NCBI GenBank assembly: GCA_028534125.1
Contig: CM052822.1
Location: 16,740,001-16,804,000 of the forward strand
Reading direction: 5' to 3'
Source: Lama glama
Taxonomy: Eukaryota
Length of the DNA: 64,000 bases
The notes beneath the pieces were generated by a model, which had not been told where the DNA came from, searched no databases, and was given only the letters and a program-made list of their open reading frames with translations. Position 1 is the first letter of the stretch; each line of letters begins with the position of its first letter. This document shows, piece by piece, positions 25,101 through 38,800 of the stretch. The translations under genes were made by a program, and so were the position numbers.

Positions 25101-28100
25101 TTTTTCAAACACAAAACTGAGGATATAAACAACAGTAAAAAACTTTCTCAAACTATAACTTCCTGCCTAAAAAAATAGGTGGGATTGACAAGCTTGGCCC
25201 ATTTTTACAAAAATGAAAGATCTTCAAAGCACTTGTATCACAGCTCCAAGCTTTGGGGTTCAACTGACTGGGTAAGTGCTTTGATGGACTGAGAACCAGA
25301 CAAGGTTGCCCCTGGGGGAGAAAACAGCGAACATGCTAGGAGGCAACAGAGGATTTAAGCTGTCAGAGCTCAGTTTCGGACATTTGGTTGTCAGTTTCCA
25401 TAGAGATTTTTACTGGTCCATCAACACATAAAATAACTCAATCAGAGCTGACACAGAGCTCCATCTCACCTTGGCAGCCAAACTCACCTCATGCCCACAC
25501 AGACTGATATTGAAGAAGTGGAAGTATTTTGTTCCTTTGGAGGTAAAGCTGGGACCATTCATTAACGAGCCCACACTGCTGAGGGTGCTGAAGTCATAGC
25601 GCAAACTCTGATTTTCTTTCTCATGGTAGAAAAAGCAGTCACTATAGCAAACTGAGTGGTCCTTTGATTAGATATTAAGAAAGGTAAAAAAACCAAAACA
25701 ACAAAAAAACAATATGGTAGGAAAGAAAGTATTAACCGCTATGAAAAAATGTGCTTCAAAAAAACTGTGGTTTCAAACTATTTCAGTAATTTCTGTCTTA
25801 GTTACAGTATATTTTACCACGTTAATACAGAAAATTCCCAAACTCTAGATTTCCTGAGGCAAAGTTCAGAAGAGTCAGAATTTTTTTTTAGAGAGTAAAG
25901 TTATTCTAAGATTAGTTTCTTGTAGAAAGACGTTTTAATAAAAAGACAAAATTTCCTGTTGTGCCAGTTTAAATATAGCTTAAACTATGTTTCCTTCACC
26001 CATAATACAGCATCAATTTTTGCCCTTAAAATATTATAAGACCTACTTGCCGTTCTCCATATCCATCTACAGCTACCTACAGAGAGGTAGTCACTTGCTC
26101 CACCTTAATGGAATAGATCAGAAATCGGTTCTAATATTTTTGGGAAGTGTTCTAACTTGGAGGCTCTTCTTAATATTTCACATCCCCAGTCATTAGCACA
26201 TTCATGGCACACAAGTGCTTCATGGATGTGAGAAGAAATAAGATAAGAAAGGGAATGAAAATGTCCTTTATAAATTTAGATAGCAACTTCATAGCTCCTG
26301 GAGACACAGTAAGAGGAACCTTTGAGTTTCTCTATTAAAACATGCTTTCCTGGGGATAACGGACATACAGACCCACTTACCTGAGTGCTTCTACTCCCAG
26401 GCCCACATGGAACACAAGCCTCCTTGCCATAGACCTGATGAATGGACAGGTAGGTGTCAGGGGGACACTCCTTGCACTGGTTGGTTTCTTTCTCAATGTA
26501 GTGGCCTGGGGGGCAGGGGACACACGATGAGCCCGACTGTTCAGAACCGAGGGCACAGGCACGGCATGAGGACGCCACCCCATCAACTGCATTAGTGGCA
26601 GTGACAGAATAAATCTTCACCAAGTCATTGACGAACCGTCTGTTCTAAAAAGGAAGCAGAGAGTGATGACTTCTGCCTTGGGGCGCAGTTGTACAACCAG
26701 ATTGTTTTCTGTTGATACCATCAAAATTATTAAGCTGAGTGTTCCAGCCCAACAGACTATAATTGACAATGGATTAATATTATTCCTTTTTGCATCTTTT
26801 TTTTTTAAAAAAACTTAAATCTTAATACTAGAAGGTAACTTTTATAGCAATGGAGTTCCAGGAGTTCTGCCACAACCACCATAAGATTATGTCAGAACTG
26901 GTACAAATTCAGGCATATGTACAGACTTAATGTCTGGAAGAACTAATACGATTTAACAAAAGAGCAACCTTATCTCCCATCACTGTTTACTCAGACATAT
27001 GCCTAAATGTACTGATACAGTAGGATGTCTGCAGCGTGGCAAGGTGCAAAAGACTTAGACTAGGGATTTAAAAGGCTTAGAGTAGGACTCTGGTCCTCAC
27101 CCAAACACATACGGTGTGATCTTGATGCAATCACACCATTTCTTTGGGCTTCCTCTCTCTCTCTCCCTCGAGCACTTTTCTTAACCAACATAGTCTGATT
27201 TCTGCTGAAGGGATATATAACAGAGAGTGAAAAGTAAATCTCCAGCATCTTGCTTTACTTCTCCTTCTCCTTCTTATGACACTGGGTCAATTAAGGTCTA
27301 GTTTTCATCAGGTGGTGAGCATCAACATATCATTAGAGAGTGGCGTTGCTGTAAGCTACTTAATGTTTTCTGTCTAGGGCAAAGACAAAAGGGAGGTGAG
27401 GAAGACTTCCATAGCATGTTCACGCCCTATGCAGTGGGAATCTGAACAGAACTTCTAGAGTCAAGTAAAATCTTCAGAATGGGTTCCCCCGTGACAGCCT
27501 AAAGGGAAAAGAGAAAATGCTTCACAAGTGCTTGCCACCATTGTTTTAAGGCAGCTTCTGTAAAAGTGATTTACCTTGATCTCACCCTAAGAAGGTCATG
27601 TCAATGGAGATCCACAAAAATAATACAAAAATAAGGTGTAATTGAAGCATACAATAGAAATCACTTAGGAGAGGATTAAGGTCTACTCTAGCAGGGAAAG
27701 TAAAAGAGAATGAACAGTTACGTGTGCTAACCCAATTGTGTGTACATACATACTCTCCAGGATGTAAAAGGAGACAGTAATTACTGTAATGGAATAATAA
27801 CCAACACCAGTTAATGGCTCCTGGACAAATGTCAGATCATTCAGGCAAGAAGAAGATAGTCACCAGCCTCTCCAAAGTCTCAGAAAGCTTTAAAAGTTTT
27901 AAAATAATTACAAACTCTGATTTCCTATCTCTTAAGCTTTTAGCCACTATATTTGTTCAAAGTGTCAAAAGATGCAAAGATACATTGTGTTATTTCATTT
28001 CATACATTCTTGTTCTCAAAACACAAATCAAAAAAATATCATTTTTATACCAATCCACGCCATAACCAAAAGATCGATTCCATATCAGTAAGAAGCTAAC

Positions 28101-31100
28101 TCTTTTTCTCCAGGAGACTGGAGTAATCACTTTGCACAAATGTCGAGAGAGGGCATCATTTTTGTGTTTAAAAAAAAAAAATTAAAAAGTGCTTGGAACT
28201 TACATCTTGACCCTGATTAGTTCTCTGGAATGCCCACGTAAATGTAAAGGTGGCATTCTTGAAGATGATGTGGGTATAAGCTTGCTTTTCTTTCGTTCCA
28301 CCCCATGATTCCACCACATTGGTACTTTTTCTATTAATATCCTAAAATACAGTAGAAAAAAATAAATACCAAAAAAGCACAAACTCAGTATTAATTATAC
28401 ATGTGTTTACATTACAACTGTATGTTTATATTTACAGTGAACCTTAAAGGGTTAAATGTGAATATTTATCTACAGAGCACGTAACCCTAAAACTCTCAAA
28501 GCTCCCCTTTAAGTCTATACAAAGACTCACTGGTCTCTTTCTCACTGGCCTGAAAGAGGTCTCAAGTCATAGTATGTTTTTCCTTTTGGTGAGGGGTGGG
28601 CTTCTGTGTATGTGTGTGACTCTACCTTAGGAAATACACTTCAAAGGGGAAACCTAATTCTTCAAACTTCTCACAGTAAACTTCTAGGATCATAGAATGA
28701 AAAGGCTTTCCATTTTTATCTTTTCCCTTGAGAGACTCAGACAGGTAGCTCCAGCACAGGAATTCTAAGTTCCTCCTGAATTATACTTGCAATTTCCAGT
28801 GCAGTTTAACTAGAATGTTATTTTATGTTCATGCAATCTTTTGCTTGTACTTGAATTTCACAAAGATTAGTTTGTGAAATGTTTTATTTCTGAATTCCTG
28901 GGCCAAATTCAATATTTAGAATAGTATATAAATGTGTGACATCCCAACCAGTATGTTGTCATTAACATGGTTAGAAAGCAAATATAGTAAGTAAAGCAAA
29001 TAATGTAATACACATCTAATTTGTTTGAAACGAAAACCCAAGGCTAACCCTGAACTTTCTAATTAGTCTTCTCTGCAGAAACCCTAATAGATGACTAAGG
29101 AATTTGGATAGGCCTCTGTTATCTGAGATATCGATAATCCAGTGGCATGAGCTCAAGACATGTCTCTTTCTTTCTATGATATAAACAGAGAAGTCAAGCA
29201 TGCTATAAAGTAATCAGATATGCTATAAAGATACGCTCTTCAGTTCACGCTGCAGATCAAAATATCAGTGTGTGCTTGTCACACATTTTGGAATTCCCCA
29301 CAATACCAGACCACCAAATCATCATACATGCCATTTCCTGAAAAGAACTCATAATATACAGATAGTGCTTTGTTAAACACCACCCTTCTGGAAGTTTATT
29401 CCAATAATAATGGAATATATGGCACTACCACAAATAATACCACCTTACCTTTAATTACGTAAAACACTGTATGATTTTGAAAGCATTTTGATATGCTATT
29501 TAGGTGATGTTATCTCAAAAAAATCCTGTGCAGAGATCACAGAGTGAGGGAAAGAACCTAGCAGATACTGCTCTACGCTAAAAAACTCTTAAGATTGATT
29601 TACCAAAAGAAATACATGTGATCTCTACCCTCAAGAAAGCTTGGTCAAGTGAGACAGACAAATACATGAATACATTCAAATCACTACAATAGGGTTTTGA
29701 GAGCAGACTGGAGACAGTGCTTACCCTGACTTAAGGGAGTAAGAGAATGCGTCTCAGAAGAGGTGATGTTTGAGCTGCCCTCCAAATATGGATGGGAGTT
29801 CACCAGACAAAAGGACAAAAGGAATAAAGTCATTCATTCTAGTTTAGAGTGTGTCAAGGCATTAGAAATGAAAAAGTATAGAGTGTTCCACTGACAAATT
29901 CAAGGTGTCTAAGGAGGGGTAAGTAGTAACAGTACTTTGGAAACAGAGGCTGGGCAAAGAGTGCAAGAAGCCATACAGACGTCATGCTAAGGAATTTTAC
30001 ATGTATTCATAGGCTGCTGGTTCTCAGAACCACCCTCATGGCTTGCTAAACTACAGAAGGCTGGGCCCCACCACCAGAGGTTCCCATCCAGACCAGGGTG
30101 GGGCTCAGAGACGTGCATTCCTAACAAGTTCCCAGGTGACGTTGGCGCACTTTGAGAATCACTGCCACAGGCAATAGAAAGCCACCAAAGTGAGCGGGTA
30201 GATTGTTGCAGCTGCCTCTACTCGTGTTTTTATGTTTATAAAGATAATTTTGACAGCAGCATGGATGAAAGAATAGAGATAAAACAAAGGGATGGGAGAC
30301 TACTGTTTAGAAGTAACAGTTGAGAGAGAACAGAAGTGTGCATTTCAGTAATGGATGGCACTGAGTATGAAGCGGAATTAACAGATTAAAGAAATAAAGA
30401 GGAGGGGCTGGGAGAATTGGAGGCTTGCTGGTTGTTCGTGGTGTAGCAGATGGATGTGTTAAAGGTTATCCATGACCTTTTACTACCACAACGTCTATTT
30501 TTTTCCAGGAAAAAGTAGTCTGCCTTCATTTAAGCTATCAGTAATCATGAATAAATATTTAAATCTCCATATATCTTATGTTTCATGGAGGAAACTGTTA
30601 TTGGACTGTTAATATTAACTAGCTGCTAAAAGATCATTGGGGAAAAAAGCAAAAACAAGTCATGCCTATCAAGTCACTATGTAATTATAATGCTGAAGTC
30701 GTAGCCAACAATCTTGTAAAAATACCCACGTAGGGTCTTAGTAAAATTTGTGTTGCTACTTTTCTCAAGCTAAGAGTTGAGACTTATAGGACCTTGGTGG
30801 GGGAGGGAGGGGAGATGGGCAAAACTATGACTTACAGTAAAGCCCTTTGTCTACATTTATTAATTTAAGAATTTAAGGAAGAGTTTTCTTTTTCTCAATG
30901 CTCCCCACCTCCATTATTTTGTGCCCTCACTTATTATAACATGTTTTTCCCTCCTGATGATTTGAATTTTTGAATGGTTTCTAGGGGAGAATTTTCACCC
31001 TGCTGGAGGCATACCCTTATGAAGGAATTTTCTACAGTATCAATATTCCCTGGCTTCTATCCATCACCCCTACACTCAGTTCTCCCCACACGAACTGAAC

Positions 31101-34100
31101 ACTTTCTTTGTAGGCATCACTGCAATCCTTAGTGACGTTTTTGACATTTTTAAGTGTTTTTGGAAGGTCAGAAAAATGGGATTCTTAGCCCAATTGGAGG
31201 TGGATTTCTAGGATTAGCCTTCTCTTCCAAATATGTTCACATATTTGTATTCTAATAATAATATCACATATTCTAATCCTAGAAATCCACCTCCAAACGC
31301 CACGCTTTCGCTTACCACCATGAAGTACAGAACACAGTCGGCCGAACAGAGGGTCTCAAACACAAATGTTATCCTGCCCAGTTCAGTACCCATAGCTCCA
31401 GTCACAGATGTCGGCGGCCTATTGGACAGATCAAAATTACAGTATTTATAGCATGTTCTAAATATAACCTGAAACAAAATTAAGTCACTTTTTTCATTAA
31501 GCTGAAAGCCACACTCTCCTCTTCCCCTGATCTACTGCTCCTGCCAACCACAACTCCTTCCTCCCCTAACCTCTGCGTGGAGTCTACACAGTCACAGGGT
31601 TAAGCTCAGATCTCCCAGTGTAAATGCTGTCCCATCCTACAGCAAGGAGAAGACTCCTGCTGAAAAATTTCAATATGAGGGACTAACCAAAATGTCATTA
31701 AACCATTTGTAACACTACTGCCCAAATAGAACTGAGAGAAAAATAAATATAAAAGCCAAAAGATACTTCTGCTAACAACTTAAGACTAATATCTCAGAAT
31801 TAAGCATCCGGAATCATGGTTATTGTAACATCTGGACAGAATATATTCAAAAACTTTCAGCTTCATCTAAGTAATATACAATCAACAGTTATTGTTTCTC
31901 AATCACTGATTCTATAGGTATTCTTAAACATAGTACAGTATCCTATGCAGCTTGTTATTTGCTAAATACATTACAATGTTAATGTATTTTATAAAGATAG
32001 TCCTACTTCATCTATTTCTATAGGGAAACAGGCATGAGGATTCTTACAGAAGAGAATCAGAATTGGTTTTTCTTACTTAAATCCTGGGATATGCAAGTTT
32101 AAGATCAGGTAATCATTATCAGAACCTCCAGCCCCACTCTGGATATGATCTCCAGCCACCTCCCAACCTAGAAATGATAAAAGTTATCTTTATCAATAAA
32201 AAGTTCCATTAATGACTTCCATCAATCTTTCTATATAAGGCCAAAAAAAAAAAAGAATTCCTATTTTTAAATTGCAGTTTCAAATTTCATGAAGAGCTAG
32301 ACTCTTAGATACTAATAAAAACGTTGCATATGATTCTCCAGGAAGAATCAAGTAATGCATATTTTTGCATACATGTTATTTAACAGTAAAATTAATAATA
32401 GTTTTCTCAGTGAGGCATGATTACTTTTTAACTAATACAGATGATCTTTACCCATTTTAATATATTAAGATGGAAAATCCCAATCTTCAAGCAACCAATG
32501 GAAATAGACACTTCAAATTACTTAATGAAGATGCAGGGTCTGGAGTTCTTTCCTACAGTTTGTTGTACTGTTGTTCCCTAATTAACCCCTGTTCTGCATT
32601 CCTTCACTTATTCATTCACTCAGCTGGCATTCACTGAGTACCACGAACCATGACATACACCAGGGTTAGAAAGACATGACTGGGTGAGGGTGGCCTCACT
32701 GAGGAATCAGCAGACTACGAGAGACACAGCTGACAACTGTCAACAGTATAGGGTGACAGAGATGCACAAAGCAAGTGATGTGAGGTTCATCCCCTGCACA
32801 GAAACAATGAGCATGCCAGGGTCTGGCACAGCCCCTGTAAAATGAGGAAGGGAGAAGCACCCCACACACACCATCAAGCAAGGCTATTAACAAATGGCAA
32901 TGCCTCAGCACCAACACGTCCGCCGCCATAAGAAAATGCCAACATCTGCTACTTCAATAGGTGTGAGAGAAACTGGGGAAGAGATTTGTATCATCAGTGC
33001 TATCCTGGTGATGTAGCAAGTTTTGAAATGTTATGATCGACAGTTCATAGAGGTGATATGTGGAATATACATAATTCAAGCTAGTTCTAAAAATGATACG
33101 TACTAACCTACTTGAGGATGAGAGAAACGCCAATTGTTCTGCCAATCTAAAGGTTCATGTGGCTGAAAAGAGACATAAGCAGGTCCTAATCACCTTCTAA
33201 TGCAGTGGGATACCAAGCCTTTGACTGCAGTGTAAGTAATGTGAAAGGCTTTTAGGTTTAGAGAGACAGCGAACTTGTGGCTAGGGGTCTTAGGGAGAGC
33301 AATACTCCCATGTGGAGGAATTCTATACGTAGAAAGGGAAGACTTATAAATGTTTGTCTAAGATCACTTCCCAATGTTCAGCTATGTCACCGGGACAGAA
33401 GGAGGGATGGAATCTCAGACAAGGCCAAAGAAAAGAAAGCAGTGCATGAATAACAAGCAGGTCGGTTTGGAGGGGACTAGAATCCTTGCAAGAAGACACA
33501 AACATTCCCATGTTTGAACATGACCTGCTGTCAAGTATTAATGTATCCTCCCTGCCTCAAAACATACATTGAAGTCCTAAATCCCCAGTATTTCCAAATG
33601 GACCTCATTTGGAAATAGTCTCTGCAAATATAATCAAGTTAAGACGAGGTCGCTAGGGTAATTAATCCAATATGACTGGTGTTCTTATGAGATGAGGGAA
33701 ATTCAGACACAGACACACAGGGAGAAGATCACGTGAAGACAGACACACAGACACAAGGAGAAGATGGGGAGAGAGACTAGAGTCACATTGCCACAAGCCA
33801 AGGAATGTCTGGAGCTCCAGGAGCTAGAAGAGGCAAAGAAGGTCTTCCCACAGAGGCTTTGGAAGGAACATGGCCCTGCCAATGCCTGGGTTCCAGACTT
33901 CTAGACTCCAGAACTGGGAGAGTGGAAATTTCTCTTGGTTTAATGTTTTAGCCCAGTTTGTTGCAGCAACTTTGCCTTTCGCTTTTTCCCTCAGAATGAA
34001 TCCCACATTTTCCATGTTTCTATACATAATTTATATTTTAAGATTTATTTTTCTTTGCTTTTAGAAATCATATTTATATGTATTACAAAATTTTAAAAGC

Positions 34101-35793
34101 CACAGAAAAACTTAAATATGAAAATGAAACTTACTTACAAACTCATCACCCAGGAAAAAACCACCGCTAACATTTTGAGGTGTTCCTTTTCACTATCTTT
34201 TGATGCATATATGCTTTTACATCACTGAGATACTATTGTTGATGACACTTTGTATCATAGTTTTATAAATTAACATCACTGCATAAGGATTTTTATGTAT
34301 AAATACTGCATCAACCTGCTAATGACTGAATTAACAGTTTATCATGTAGATAAATATAATTAATTCCCATAATTTACTAAATCACTCACACTATAGGACT
34401 TGCCCGTGGACCACACATCCAATGTAACCACTGGGACTGTTCTACCTTTTAGCTAGTATAAGTGACACTATAATGAACATATTTTTGGTAAAGATTTTCT
34501 GTATTTTTTCAGAAAAGAATCCCAGTGACATAATTATTGGGTCAAATAAATATATTTTTAAACCAATATTTTGTAATGTTATTCTAATTTTGAAAGCAAT
34601 GTGTATCCATGAATAATATTTATTGAATACAATAAACTAAATGAAAAAAATGAAGTAATTCAGACTTCTCAGAAACTTCCCACCCTCAAGTGATAAACTC
34701 AACATTTCAGTGTATTTCTTTTCACTCTTTTCATAATTTTCTTAAAAACGTAACTTAGGCTTTACTGTAATCTACTTTATTTTCTGCTTTTTTATGTAAC
34801 ACTATCTTCTCACTTTTCTAATTATCATTTTATCAAAAATATTTCCCCATTAAAAATCCTTTCTATATCTAGTGTTAAGGAGTTAACAATATGTTGTATG
34901 TTATATCATCAATACGTTATAATTTTATTTATTCAGACTTCATTGTTGAAAACATTGTTTTCTCTTATTTTTGACTCTCATTAATAACACTAAAATTAAC
35001 ATATTTGGAAATAATTTCTTTATGTCACATTATTTCTTTGGTATAAATTCCCAGAAGTGGAATTACTGGGTTGGAGAATGAGAACACTCACAATTCTTGA
35101 AACACTGCCAAATTGTTTTCCGTATGGCTGTCACTTCTAATGATTATACAACATTTCATCCAATTAGTACAGCATAACTTTTGCAAATAGTATTTTCTTG
35201 CAGGAATTTATAGATTATGTCAATTTCTGTTATTATAGGTAATGTTCATTGAAAAGCTTCATGATTAAACAGTAACTTGTTCTCAACTCAGAATTCCTCT
35301 TAGGGAAAATTCCAATACCAGATGTACTTCTACAAACTTGCTCCACAACTGTGGTAAATTCAGACTGAGAATATAAAAGAACTCCAAAGCACTCCAAGTC
35401 ACAGTTAAGCTGGTCAAAGTGCATCCACTTTAATTCCATGATGGGGCAACTACTCCATGAGACAGGTGACCCTGGGCCTCTCGCTTTGACCCCAGGGTTT
35501 TGAGTGCTGCTCTTCTCATGGCTGGTGACTGAACCACTCCTCACAAAAATATACATCACCTTGTATCTTTTTGTATTTTTCAAATTTCTGCTTGCTAGTT
35601 CAATATCACATACCAATACTGCAGACATGTACACTTAATAACAGATCATTTCTGAAAATTAGCCAAAATTTAAATGATAGCCTCTAAGTGAGTGAGCAAG
35701 CAGGTAAATTGAATACTATCATGAGCATTAGACTAAGAATAACTTCTTTAAAAGATCAAATAAAAGTTTCAGATAATCTTTACTAGTAAGTGA

Positions 35794-35828
<35 letters not shown>

Positions 35829-38800
35829 TGCTTTCATCAACACATTCCCATTCTTATTTTTCCAATGTCTTACACTTTCTCAACTTGGAATTCAACCATA
35901 GGATCTTTCTGGAACATAAACCCTTATGGCTAGGTAATAACTACTCTGTTTTTTTCCTCCTTCTCCTTTAGGATAAATTCCTTAAAGCAGGATTATTAGT
36001 CTATAAAGAGAACTATTCCATAATGTTCTTGGCATATGAAGGCTTTTTTTTTTCACACATCTGTTTAACTAGAATTATTCAAGAACCTATTACTTGTCAA
36101 TATGTGTATCCCTCACTTCCTACACCCTAAGCCTGTTAATTTTGGATAGTGCTGACTTAAAATAGATGCAATTGAAAAACATTTTTTAACAATGATCAAC
36201 TATAATATTGAGAAAAATGAACAGATTAAAAAATGCCAATGAGTTTATGAAAGTAAAGGGTATATTGTGGTGTAAAACCCTAGTATTTAAATAGATGTTA
36301 ACCTATTTCCAGTGTCAAGTTTAAAAATACAAACATAGATATTGTCATTCATTCAACCAACAAATATTGCAGAATAGCCAAGTGCTAGGCTCTCTGTGCA
36401 TTTAAAATATTAGAAAAAAATATAATTCAGCAACCACCCTATAGAACTCTGCCAAGTCTTCAGTAAGTGAGGTTCACATACTTTGTTAACACTTCATAGG
36501 CAAGGGGAGTTAGAGATGATGTGACCCCTCACCATGGCCCAGTGCTGGGCCAGACCGAACCAATCCAGGCAGAAACGCTTTCACACAGTGGTATGTATAC
36601 AGGATGACTCTTTCAAGTGGCAAAGAACATAAATGTCATTACCTCCCTTGGTGATCTATTCTGGTATTTATAAAAACCATAGTGACCCTCCATATCTACT
36701 TCAAAACTGACTCTAAAAATAGTTTATATTCTTACAGGAAAGTCATGTGGCTATGACATCGCATTCACTATTTTTATATGAGGGCTGGAGGACAGGCAAG
36801 CAGTCAGATGACAAGAGGTTCCTCATACCCATGTACTTAGTGTGTTTTCAGACAGGTTCAAATGCACTGAGTAGGCTGATTCTGAACTCACCATTCATTC
36901 CGTCACACTTGGAATTCCCAACATTGAAGCAGGAGGTTTTCATATTGCCAGGAAGGACATTCCACCACTTATATTCAAACCCCAGTGCAGGCTCTGTCCC
37001 TGCTGGGCACGGTCTACATTCTACAGGAGGCAAGTGGGGCAAACAATCACAATTAAACTGCATCTGGACAATTTCCTCTTCCTCTGTTCCAAGCACTACT
37101 CAACTGTAATTAGCAGAGAGGTAAGTGGGAAGGACAGGTATTAAACCATCAATTCCCTTAAGAGTTAACGTTTTCCAGAACAATCTGGAAAGAAAAATCA
37201 TTCTGGATAGAGTATATCCATATATACTCGGACAAGGAAAAGAACACAGAATCGTTTAAAATAAATGTTCCTTTCATTTCTGGGAGTAACTGCTAATACT
37301 GAATTCCTCTGCATATGAAGAGTCATTCTGAAACAAGTTCTCTTCTATGTCAATTTAGAATCAGTTTCCTCCACCTTATAAATAAGGAAATATTCCACTA
37401 TTTCTATTAGTTATTAAACTTTACAGAATAGTATACCACTTAATTACAGACTGATTATTTGAAATTCAAAATATTGGCTATACTGGAAAGTGATGATGGA
37501 AGTTGAAGGGTGGGGAAATGGTTATATTTATAAATAAATCTGATTTAAATTAACATCCACAACATTGACATACAAAGGTTTTTTTATGACCACTTTTGAA
37601 TTTAGCCAAGACACTTTGCATTATCACATCAGCAAGAGAACAGGTAGAGAGAGAAAATGTTCATCGAGCAAGAATCTCCTGGTACCAAAGTCCTACAGAA
37701 GACATTTTTACACACCCTGCTTGATAACCACAAGCTAGCCATATTCAAGTAAGATACCTGCAACAAAAATGCACTGTAATCTTTGTCTAATAAAAATTAA
37801 AAAAATTTTTTTAATTTCTCTTTCTCCATTTTATTTTTATTTATTCATTTATTTTTGGTCGGGGAGACGTAATTAGGTTTATTTGTTTACTTAATTTTAA
37901 TGGAAGTACTAGAGATTGAACCCAGGACCTCATGCATGCTATGCATGTACTCTACCACTGAGCTATATCCTCCCCCTGCCTAACAAAATTAAAACAAATT
38001 CTATAACCACTTTCTTTATTTGTTAAGTGTTAAATTTTCCCCAAATATACACTTTGAAACAATCTACTTAGGGACTATTTTAATTGCCATCTGATCAAAA
38101 TAATCAATTTTTTCTATTATTATAGCATAAATTGTGATTACTCCAAAGCTGAAATAGAAGTTATATTTTATGCTTGCATTAATATATGTGCACATACACA
38201 CACTAGAAAAGGAGTGCTTATCCTTAATCACATAAATTGGTGAAATTTTTTTATAAATACCCGAGAGACATCCCATTAAGAGAGTGTTAGTTACACAAAA
38301 TGCCATGAAACACTGCAGTCTCATAATCCCCTTACCATACTTCTTAACTTGTCTTCAGTCTGTGAGATAAGAAAATTATGTATTTTAAAGAACTTTCCAC
38401 AGAAACAATTTAGAACAAATGTCAACGTGGTCTAACAAGATGATTTTACTAAAGGTCCAATTCTTGACTCAAATGACACCCTACCCTTTGTTCCATCTGA
38501 AAACGTTCCAGGAGGANNNNNNNNNNNNNNNNNNNNNNNNNNNNNNNNNNNNNNNNNNNNNNNNNNNNNNNNNNNNNNNNNNNNNNNNNNNNNNNNNNNN
38601 NNNNNNNNNNNNNNNNNNNNNNNNNNNNNNNNNNNNNNNNNNNNNNNNNNNNNNNNNNNNNNNNNNNNNNNNNNNNNNNNNNNNNNNNNNNNNNNNNNNN
38701 NNNNNNNNNNNNNATAACATACTTCATTTGCTCTCAACTTCCAATAACAAAAATGTTAAATCGACAGCCTAGGTAAGGTACAGATAGTGACAGAACTGAA

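Noticed and set aside
35233-35634. 133 aa minus-strand ORF in intron 10
   Set aside because: No domain similarity, and exons 10 and 11 join in phase without it.
37905-37976. tRNA-like sequence
   Set aside because: It is the head of a SINE with tail and TSD, not a tRNA gene.
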